DNA of 64,000 nucleotides from Paragordius varius. Taxonomy: Eukaryota; Animalia; Nematomorpha. Shown piece after piece: positions 53,489-64,000 of this stretch; position 1 is the first letter of the stretch, and each line of letters starts with the position of its first letter. The stretch is taken from the NCBI GenBank assembly GCA_964247055.1, contig OZ176055.1, positions 7,192,001-7,256,000 on the forward strand. Reading direction: 5' to 3'. The position numbers and the translations under genes are program-made. The notes beneath the pieces are model-generated. The model saw only the letters and a list, made by a program, of their open reading frames with translations. It was not told the DNA's origin and did not search any database.

Positions 53489-55408
53489 CACTTGGATACA
53501 ACACTTTTTTAATCCTTCGATTCAAATTGGGGTAGTTTGATACCAGTTTAAAATCAAATAATTTAAAAAGTATGGACGGAATCGAAACCATGGCAAAATT
53601 TTGCACTTATATAACATTAGTAAACCGAAATATATAAAAAAAATTTCAAAAATACTTGATATTACTTATTTTAACACTTGGATACAACACATTCATTTTA
53701 GTCCTTCGATTCAAATTGGGGTAGTTAAATACCCCAGGCCGGTTTAAAATTAAATTTTTTAAAAAATATGTAAGGAATAGATACCATGGCAAAATTTTGC
53801 ACCTATATAACATTAATAAACCGAAATATATAAAAAAATTTCGAAAATACTTAATATTGTTTATTTTAACACTTCGATTCAAATTGGGGTATCTAAATAC
53901 CCCAGACTAAATTAAAATTAATATTTTTAAAAAACTACTGCAGGAAACGGTCCCAATTTAAATTTATGCTTCTATCCTGATAAATATTGTATAAATATGC
54001 CAAAATATCTTGATAAAATTTTGTTTTGAAAAAAAAACTCCATCTCAAACTACTTCGACGCCATTTTTTTTTTACAAAATTTTTGCAAGATATCGTCTTT
54101 ATTTAATTTTAAGGGTAAAACTAAAGCTAATTTTTTATATAAATTACATCTAACATTGAAAGAAATAGAAAAAGCGGTTTAGTTTGTATAATTTTTCAAT
54201 TTTAAAATTTGACATATGTCACGTTGACGAAATTTTTACCTTTCGGTTTTAGCTTAAAATAAGTTATTTCAAGTATTTATGAATAATATTTTTTATAATT
54301 TCGGTTTTTTAATGTTAGATAAGTGCAAAATTTTGCCATGGTTTCGATTCCTTCTATATTTTTTGAAGAATTTAATTTTAAACAGGCCTGGGGTATTAAT
54401 GATTATATTTTTTCGATGTTTAAATTTGAATGGGTCTACCGGTTTTCATGTACCAGATCACATAGCCAGCATTTTCCATTTTTATAAATATATAGATCAG
54501 TAATACTCAAACCGTGGCCCGCGGGCCGCATGCGGCCCTAAGAGCGCTTTAAAATTGCCCTATGACCATATTGATAATTTTTAAAATACACATAAAAACA
54601 TTTGAATCGAAGGACTAAAATGAGTGTGTTGTATCCAAGTGTTAAGCTAAAACCGAAAGGTAAAATTTAGTCGCGTAACATATGTTCAATATTAAATTGA
54701 AAAATAATACAAAATACACCCCTTTTTCTATTTCTATCAATGTTAGATGAATTTTAATATAACATTAGCTTCAATTTTACCCTTAAAATTAAATGAAAAC
54801 GATATTTCGCAAAAAATTTGTAAAATAAAAATGGCGTCGATGTAGTTTGACATGGAACTTTTTTTCAAAACAAAATTCTATTTACATATTTTGGCACATT
54901 TATATATTTTTTTTAGGATAGAAGCAAAATTTAAATTGGGACCAATTCCTTCAGTAGTTTTTTAAAAATCCTTATTAAGATTAAGTCTGGGGTATTTAGA
55001 TACCCCAATTTGAATCGAAGTGTTAAGCTGAAACCAAGAGGTAAAAATTTGTTCAATGTAACATGTATTCAATGGTAAAATTGAAAAATAATACATAATA
55101 TACCGCTTTTTCTATTTCTATCGCTGTTAGATGTAAATTATATAAAAAATTAGCTTTAGTTTACCCTTAAAATTAAATGAAGACGATATTTCGCAAAAAT
55201 TTTGTAAAATAAAAATGGCGTCGAAGTAGTTCGACATGGAACTTTTTTTTCAAAACAAAATTTTATCAAGATATTTTGGCATATTTATATAATTTTTATT
55301 AGGATAGAAGCAAAATTTAAATTGGGACCGTTTCCTTCAGTAGTTTTCTAAAAATATTAATTTTAATTTAGTCTGGGGTATTTAGATACCCCAATTTAAA
55401 TCGAAGTG
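53489..55408. mobile_element. Three piggyBac-type MITEs nested at the same internal TTAA
   Basis: A 53489-53670 + 55027-55408; B 53675-53865 + 54646-55022; C (inverted) 53870-54641. TTAA at 53485, 53671, 53866, 54642, 55023 and 55409. Confidence 0.9.
54395..54599 (+). repeat. 205-bp direct repeat identical to 56056-56260
   Basis: No difference seen by eye over 205 nt; offset 1661. Confidence 0.9.
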
Positions 55409-55524
55409 TTAAATCGCTGCAGCAGCCAAGATAATTAGTATGTTAGGAAAATGTTAATATTACTAAACACTATTACTTTTTTGCACACGAATTTTGGGAT
55501 AGTTTTGTGCCTTAATTCCAATAA

Positions 55525-56158
55525 AGGGCGAAGCTATTGTCGGGACATTTATTAATGATTATATTTTTTCGATGTTTGGATTTGAATGGGTTCACCGGTT
55601 TTCCGGAAACAGATCACAAAGTTACATGAAGAATCAGTTTTTAGCGGGTAGCACCTTACCCAGCAATCATCAAAGAAAAGGTGGACTTAAATTTTTGCCT
55701 TTTAATAGGTAATACCTGGAATCTTTATTTTTTTACGGTCTCATACCTTGGGCAAAAAATCGATAAAAAAAATATTTTTGTGGACTTTGTTTTTTGAAAA
55801 AGGTGGCATTTTTCGGGGGGAGCGGGTAAAAAGAGGGCCTAAGTTAAAAAATTGAGACGACTATGTTCGGCGCAATCGAAAATAACTAAATTAAAATCAT
55901 ATTTAAAATTGAATGGTCCAACACGTTCTCGTGAAAATTGTCTCAAAGACACGATTTTTGTAGACTTCTGTTTTCAAAAAACCCGTTTTTCACCCGGGGT
56001 GGGCCCGAACTGGGAGCCGATTTCAAAAAAGGGTGAAACTATTGTCGGGGCATTCATTAATGATTATATTTTTTCGATGTTTAAATTTGAATGGGTCTAC
56101 CGGTTTTCATGTACCAGATCACATAGCCAGCATTTTCCATTTTTATAAATATATAGAT
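55525..56158 (-). mobile_element. Helitron-like family copy (reverse); its 5' tip is split by the hAT insertion
   Basis: Reverse complement matches 11410-11880; terminus ccatttttataaatatatagat continues as atatagatta at 61753-61762. Confidence 0.75.
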
Positions 56159-59100
56159 CAGTAATACTCAAACCGTGGCCCGCGGGCCGCATGCGGCCCT
56201 AAGAGCGCTTTAAAATTGCCCTATGACCATATTGATAATTTTTAAAATACACATAAAAACGAATTTTCCCTTATTTTAATATTAATTTATTTTCTTTAGA
56301 TTTAAATTTGGTATTTTTTTTATCCGAAATGTAGAATTTTACATTAAAATTGTTTTAAAATTTTGCCACAAGTTGTTTCTGTTTCTGTGTTCTATTTTCT
56401 TTTCTATATGGAATTTTTATTGTATTACATTTTTGTATTTAGGCAACCTTTCCCAAACTTGCATAAAATATTCTTTTCATTGCTAGCATCATTTTTTATA
56501 CTCATTCACATAAAATATTTTTCTAATCAACATCATTTCAACCTGTTTTTTATAGCACAATTTATATTCCTATTTTTTAAAAAAATTTACATAATATTTA
56601 AACATAAATTTTAAGGATGACATCTAATGCAAAAAACCGTAAATTATCCGATGCGAATCGCTTCTTTTAAAGAAAATCGGAAGAGATTTTTTTTGTCGTG
56701 TTAATAAAAATGTTGTTACCTGCCTAATATGTTAAGACAATATAATTATAAAAAATACAATCTTGAAAGACATTTTACAATCCATCATTTTCATATATTA
56801 CCGGAAAATCATTAGAAAAGACACGAAAATAATAAAAAGATTAAGAAATTATACCAAAAAAAATCTATTTTGTCCAGCCTCGTATGAAAATTTGCTATAT
56901 TTTTAAAAAAAATATGAAACCGTTTACTGATTCCCAACTAAAGAAGGTCTATTAAAAGGTTTCCCTTTTTTATTTGATGAATTCCATAATCAAGTAAAAT
57001 CGAGGCAAATCAAATTCAACTTTCTGATTCAACATGTATTCGACGCATTGATATATGTGAACATATTTAAACAAAACATTATTTGCTATCAAAAACTTTA
57101 ACTTTAGTGTTGCTATTGATTCTAGCACTGATATTAATTCAACACCTCAATGTGCCCTCCTTGTGAGATTCTGTAACGACAACATAATCAACGAGGATTA
57201 ATTAAAATTTTTACCAATAAATATATCATGATCGGCTACAGGCGCGGAGAAGAACTTGGTATGTTCACTCCCGAGATGCGCGTACCTTTTGATTTTATAG
57301 GAAATCTTGTTCACATTCGGTGATAAACGGAATTTCTCTCATTATCTTCATCAATTTATTATCATTTTTATTATCCAGAAGAAATTATATCACTCAGAAT
57401 TATAATCTCACATGAATTATTTCTACAGAACATACAACTCCAAAATTTTCATCGACAATTTCATTCCCTAAAAACCATTCTTAAACATCAGTAGACATAT
57501 CATACTGATTCTTTCTATTTATTTCTTTATCTCAATACACCACCACCAAACTAAATTCCTACATGGAAAGCCATAATTCTAAAATAAGCTCCCGTAACTT
57601 AGAAATAAATATGGTTACCTGGAATACCCGTGGTACTTCAGATAACAAATTGGATATAATAATTCGCGAAATGAAACGTTTAAACATCCATGTGTTAGGG
57701 CTGTCGGAGACTCATATGCAACATAACTCACACAAAATATACGACAATTACTCGTTTTATAACTCTGGCGGGGAACTCAAACGAAATGGATGCGGTTTCT
57801 TAATATCGAATAATCTTGCCAAACATACTGATATATATAGACCTATCTCCGATCGTATTATATCCCTACGAATCAACACCAGACCCCAGGCTATAACAAT
57901 ATATCAAATCTATGCCCCTACGAGTGTCTGGAAGACGAATGTGAAAAGTTCTATAATGAGTTACAAATGGCTCTTTGTGAAACATCCAAGAAAGACATAA
58001 CTTTCATCATCGGCGATTTTAACGCTATCATAGCTAACGATAAAACAGACAAGGTCACCGGTGGAAAAGGCCTTGGTAAAGTGAAAAAACCCCGTGGTGA
58101 AAGGCTAATTGATTTTTGCCAACAAAACAATCTCTTTATAGCGAACTCGTTTTTCAAATAACCTAAGAGACGGCTCTACACCTGGACCTCACCGTGTCGT
58201 AAACACAGGAATTAAATAGATTACATATTGGGAATGCAAAAATACAAAAGCTCATTTCAAAACATCCGGTGCTACTCGAGTGCAGACTGCAACTCAGATC
58301 ATAACCTATTAATGGCCAAGATCAAAATAAAGCTACAACTTCCTCAGCCGCAAAAAAACTTTTCCAAAACTAAATTGAACTACAAACTTATACCTGCCGA
58401 TTTTACTCTAATCCTTAACAATAAATTTGAATCTCTAAAATACGAAACATTGAACACAGATGATCTTTGGTCTACTATTCACAAAATTACCATCGAAACA
58501 GCTAAAGAATATATACCGCCTGCCACAACAAAAAACAAAAAAATCACCATATCACAACAAAGCATCGACCTAATTGAACAGAGAAGAGTAGCAAAATCCA
58601 AGGGCACTCCCCTTGAGTACAAAAATATTAATAATGAACTACAAAAAAGCATAAGATTTGACAAAGAATCTCATTATAATACAATCTGCGCTAACCTCGA
58701 GCAAGCTGCTAAATTTAATCACAACTATTTCTCTTATATTAAAGACATTCAACCGCGCAAAAAACAAATATACAAAGGTCCTATGTCTTATTCAAACGGA
58801 AAACTTCTAACCGATAAAAAAGGAGTAATTAAACTCTGGGAAGAATACATCCAAAATTTATTCTCAAAACAATCAAATATAACTGCCATGAACTCTGAAC
58901 AAACTTATGACCCTCCTATACTAAAAGAAGAAATTGAATGGGCCCTGAAGCATTCATCAACCGGCAAAGCAGAAGGATTCAATGATATCCCTACCGAGTT
59001 ACAAATGCACATTCCCATAAAATTAATTCTTTCGTTATTTCAAAAAATTTTCAATGAGGCGACATTCCCGACGGACTGGAACAAATCACTAGTGGTCTTT

Positions 59101-61752
59101 ATATTTAAAAAGGGCGATCCTAAACTATGTGAAAACTACCGTACAATAGCATTGATCAATCAAACCTCAAAAGTTTTCTTAAAAATAATACAAAACCGTC
59201 TACAAACATATGTCAAACCGGAAATATCAATGACACAGGCAGGCTTTAGAGAAAAAAGAGGATGCCGAGACATGATCTCAAACCTTAGATGGATAATGGA
59301 AAAAAACTGTGAATTCCAAAATGAGCTACACCTATGTTTCGTGGATTTTTCTAAAGCCTTTGATACCGTTCAACATGACATTCTCTGGAAGGCCCTTAAA
59401 CAAATAGGTGTTTCCGATCACTTAATCAAACTAATTAAATCCATATACTCCAACTCCTACCTATCACTTAACACCCCGCATGGCCCAACCTCTGGAGCCC
59501 AATGAACATAGGTCTGCGTCAAGGCTGCATTTTATCCCCCATGTTGTTCAACATATATTTGGAATGTATCATGAGGGATCTAAATCTGCCAGGAATAAAA
59601 GTAGGGGGTCACACTTTGACGACTCTTCACTACGCAGACGACACGGTTATCTTAGCAAATTCACAAACAAACCTCGAAAACAGTCTCCGAACTTTTATAA
59701 ATGTGTGTAAAAAATACAATCTTACATTAAACCTCAACAAAACTAAAATTTTACATATCAACTCCCCTCATTCCTATGACTCGCTTCGGATTAATGGCGA
59801 AACAATTCAAGTAGTCAACGAATACACATACCTTGGAAGCATTATCAACAACTTAAGCTCCAGTTCCCAAGAAATAAGAAGACGCATAGCTATCGCCAAA
59901 TGCGCTCTATCCTCACACTACAAGTTATGGAAATCTCATGACATAACCCTTAAAACAAAAATCCGACTAGTAAATGCATTAATCTTTCCTATCATGTTAT
60001 ACGGGTGTGAAAGCTGGACTATCAAAAGTGAAGACGAAAAAAGAATAAACGCGTTTGAAATGTTTTGCTGGAGAAAGATACTTGGTATAACATGGAAGGA
60101 CAAAATAAAGAATCTCGACATTGTAAATAAAATTAACGCACAAACAACGCTTCGGGGTAAAATAATAAAACAAAAATTCGGTTACTTTGGACACATTATT
60201 CGGGGCAATTCTTTGGAAAAGGATATTATGTTAGGAAAAGTAAATGGTAAGAGAGGAAGAGGACGCAGACGTATTCGCTGGGTAGACGAAATCTTATCAC
60301 TTTCCAAATTGTCACTGCAAAAACTATCTCAAAAAGCTCACGACAGAATCGAATGGAGGAGGTTTTCCTACAAAATCGCTAATGGTCGATAACCGACTAC
60401 AAGCTCAACAACAACAACCAATAAATAATATCACGAATGGACTATTTTCTCTAAATAATTAGCAATTTTTTCGATAATAATGGTATATCTATTAAAAAAT
60501 TGGTTTCATCTGCACAGATGGCTGTCCCTCTCTGATTGGAATAAAAGGATTTATTTTTATTTTGAAAAACAAATATAATTTGCAAAATATTTTATCCTTT
60601 CACTGCTTTATTCATCACCAAAACTTATTTTCGACTATAAAAGATGAATCACCCAATTTGGTAATTAAAACGGTTGTGGATATAGTTAACCACAACTGTG
60701 GCAGAGAATTCAACCGCCGTAGATTCTAAAACCTTCTGAGAGATTTCCACAGTGAGTTTGATGATACTCTTTTATACACTGATGTGAGATGGCTAAACCT
60801 TAGTAAAGTATTAAATAGATATTTTTTTTAAAACATGAAATATTATTTGTTAAATATAACAGAATGATCGACGAGGAAATTAACAGTGACAAATGATGGG
60901 TTTTATTATCCTACCTTTGCGACATTATTTATAAACTTATTATTTTTAATACACATCTGCAAGGGAGCAAAATAATAACCCGATTCGCTAATCAAATATA
61001 TGCTTTTGAAGAAGAATTAATAACATATAAAGAAAATTTCATTAATAAAACACTCCTATTAAAACAATTCATGAAGAAAATTAGGAATTTACCGCATAGA
61101 TTTATTCAATAATAGACAATCATTTAAATTTTTATTTAACGAGATTTATGATATATTAAAATTTGCTTAAAACTTCTTGAAAATCCATATATCCATAAAC
61201 AACTTGAGCATTTTGGTTTAGATCAGGCGCATATAATTGAAGAATTTGTATTTAAGAATGATTCCAATTTGGAGATATTCAAGGAGAATCGTAGAGAGGA
61301 AAGTTATTTAGAGTTTTGGCAATACCAAATAAATATGAAAATATAATCAAATCTGCTCAAGTTATCCTAACTGTTTTTCCCTCAACTTACAAGTAACGGC
61401 GTATTCAAAAATGAAATATATAGATACCTACAGAAATCGCTGAACCGGTGATTATATGGACGACGTATTAAGATAGGCTTGTCATGAGGCGAAACCAAAT
61501 TGTCAAAAATTATTGGTAAATATCAAAATAAATGTTGTTTTCAAAATATTTTAATTTTTTTGAACTAAATGATGCAAAACGAGTTTTTAGCTGGATTTAC
61601 ATGCGATCCGCACAAAATTCATTGTGCTGATTTAGAGTATGAATATGTGCATATGTGTCAACAGCTATGGAATATTTGCCATTATAAGGTTCATGGCCCT
61701 CGAAAAAAAATATTTTATTTGGCCCGTCAAATTTTTTTAGTGAGTACCTCTG
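56159..61752 (+). mobile_element. Decayed hAT (Charlie/SPIN-like, GTF2IRD2/ZBED-type) DNA transposon, about 2.4 kb net, interrupted by a LINE
   Basis: Perfect 8-bp TSD atatagat (56151-56158, 61753-61760); imperfect TIRs CAGTAATACTCA / CAGAGGTACTCA. Transposase remnants TCLIC..KYNLERHF, KPFTD, FSVAIDSSTD..QCALLVRF (56620-57200) and CTDGCPSL, HCFIHHQNL, YTDVRWL, FPSTY (60430-61400). Confidence 0.9.
57232..60416 (+). mobile_element. Near full-length RTE-clade LINE (APE endonuclease + RT), inactivated
   Basis: TWNTRG, LGLSETH, YAPT, IIGDFNA, RRLYTWTSP, IDYIL, SDHN (APE); NYRTIALIN, QAGFR, FVDFSKAFD, GLRQGCILSP, LHYADD, YTYLGS (RT); (CAA)n tail. Two frameshifts (about 57930 and 59495) and two TAA stops (58159 and about 58216). 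TSD accaataaata at 57213-57223 and 60417-60427, or about 20 bp with two differences, so the 5' boundary lies at 57224-57232. Confidence 0.95.
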
Positions 61753-61814
61753 ATATAGATTAATTTATTACGATTCAAGGTCATAGAGAATCCAGACGAT
61801 AATAATATTAATTT

Positions 61815-62040
61815 TTTCAAAAACTACTTAAAGGGATGGTACCAATTTAAATTTTTGCTTTTATCCTAATTAAAATATATAAATAAGCCAAAATATCTAA
61901 ATTTTGAAAATAAGCGCCATATCAACTACTTCGATGACAATTTTATTTTATAACGTTTTTGGAAAACATTTATTTTTTTATTATGACGCTATTAAAGTAA
62001 TTTTTTTATATACTAACAAATATAAAAAGAAATGGTTTAC
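61815..62040 (-). mobile_element. Partial piggyBac-type MITE
   Basis: aaaactac..ccaatttaaatttttgcttttatcct..gccaaaatatct..aactacttcga matches the family interior. Confidence 0.6.
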
Positions 62041-63249
62041 AGTAATTGTTAAAATTTAATATTAAGAATAATTTTTTAATCCATGTGGCATTTTGTTATC
62101 CTTTTATAAGTTGTTTTACAACCATATAAAAAATAACATTTACATATATATTTAAATGTACATACATGTCCCTTTTCGGTACACATTATATTAACATTGC
62201 AATATGTTCCCCTTCTCGCTACATATCTTATTAGAGAACTGGTAACATTGCATATGTGATGTGGCTACTTCGATAACTAATTTTTTAGGTTATATTTTTT
62301 TTATAAAAAATTAACTTTTTATCAATTAATTAAGAAGATGTTTCAGAAAATTATAACTGATATCATATAAGACAATAAAAAAATATAAATGAATTTAACA
62401 TATAAATCGCTTATGTGCGTATTGTATTAAACAAATTTAAATATTGATTTGATTATGCTGACTTTTTTATGAAAACATTATACTTCACCTACAATTAGTT
62501 AAACTGAGAAATTTCAGAATGGTAAAATAATATCATTTATTTATTATAATTATTTTATGGTTCAAGTGGTAATTTATTTAAGCAAATATTTTTGACAATT
62601 TTTTAATGTGTTCATAATATTTAAAAAAATGAATGTGCTGAATATTTTCAAGAATTTGAGTTCAGTTTTCAATCAATTCTTCCACATTGTTGAAATGGCA
62701 TCTTTCCTGACTTTTTTTGATCTCTGGAGTCTGGGTTTTTAATGTGATCCCATAGTTTGAATCTGATGTTGATGACAAACTTACATCTATACTATCTTCT
62801 TCAAAAAAACTATACATTAATTCTAAATATCTTCTTAAAAAATTGATAAAAACTTAATATTTTATACAAAAAATTATATCAAACTTATAAATTAATAATC
62901 AAAGTATGCAGAACACATAACATACTGATTAATACCTAATTTTAGAAAAAAATGATATACCAAACCTAATTATTTATCAAAGTACCACCAATAGCGTTGT
63001 GCATTTGACTGCTTTTTAAAAAAGTCCGGTCTGACCCAGTCAGACCATGGTCATGACCACGGTCATGATCACTTTTTACTTAAGTAAATATCATGCAATA
63101 TTGGATTCTGAAAATAATGTTCGAGCGACACCTGGTTTTAATAATGTCGTGTTTTTTCTTAAAAGTTTGTATTGTACATTTTTTTATTTATTATTTACAA
63201 ATATTTTAAATCAAATTTAATCAATTTTGTTTTCAATGCCATATGTTGA

Positions 63250-63480
63250 CCTTGAAAATGCAAAAAACTCGAGTGGCAGAAAAATTTGTTGTTCAGTGCT
63301 ATAAATGGGTTGTAAGTGTTAAGCATATTTTTATTCCCCGGATTTTAGCACTGTAAAAACATTAAGCGCGGTTATTGTGACTCTTGGTAATTATACCAAA
63401 AGAGTATGAGGTTTAATGATCCTTTAATACATCTGATTGTCATTAGACAAATATCAGATTCTCGAGTGTTAATTCTATAC
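63250..63480 (-). pseudogene. Possible hAT dimerisation-domain remnant
   Basis: Minus-strand LILFWYNYQESQ*PRL loosely resembles the W....E..YP.L motif; highly degraded. Confidence 0.25.
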
Positions 63481-64000
63481 TTTAAAACTATTTCACTCCA
63501 CTTGTCGACTTTAGATTTTTCTAAATATATATTGAAAAAATATATTCATTAACCTATAACTTCATATTTTCACTATAGATATTGCGTTTTTATTTGCTAA
63601 ATATAATATATATGTTAAAAAATTAGAATCGATTGGGTTATAATAATGTTTTATCAGCCGTTTTTTGATTAGGGTTTTAATTATAGGCCGCAAATACACA
63701 ATGTAAATAATCCTTATTCTTGCAGTGTACTACCAGATAGTCATAAATTACCGGATCTATGAGAAGACGTCGGCGAAAGTTAGTCTGACGATTAATTTAA
63801 TACACACCTTAATTCGCAAACACATCACATGAGAAACACACGCAATTTTAGCTCGCTAAAGTTGTTTTTATTATTCAGTAATTATGTCGCGTTAGTTCCT
63901 AAAAAGCATTTGCACCACCCATTGCTATCAGAAAAAAACGGTCTTTAAGCGTTATCGTTTTCTGGTAGAAAATATGAAAAGTTGTGATTTCATGTGAAAG

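Noticed and set aside
1-64000. Assignment to a named species, or use of a non-standard genetic code
   Set aside because: The species cannot be established without a database search. PP4, Hox2 and the checked COPA exons read through with the standard code once tiny introns are removed, so no recoding is needed.

Overview
AT-rich, intron-containing animal genomic DNA. A Hox2-type gene points to a bilaterian; the taxon cannot be fixed from sequence alone. Five host genes can be assembled by hand: an MTP-like large lipid transfer protein (-, possibly running off the left edge), PP4 catalytic subunit (+), a solitary Hox2/proboscipedia gene (-), an SLC7 LAT-type amino acid transporter (+) and coatomer alpha (-, about 26 kb). 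Intron sizes look bimodal: many GT-AG introns of only 21-31 nt alongside TE-filled introns up to 10.85 kb. The rest is mostly mobile DNA: TTAA-flanked piggyBac-type MITEs (three nested in each other at one internal TTAA), Helitron-like elements, hAT MITEs, a decayed hAT transposon (8-bp TSD) holding a near-complete RTE LINE, older LINE remnants, and a 6.8-kb fold-back palindrome of two head-to-head Chapaev3-like transposase copies that carry the same ultra-short introns. Conserved proteins carry large low-complexity insertions (PP4 about 396 aa vs 307 in human). No prokaryotic features, CRISPR arrays, rRNA or tRNA were recognised. All alignments were done by eye from remembered family motifs; no database searches were run.
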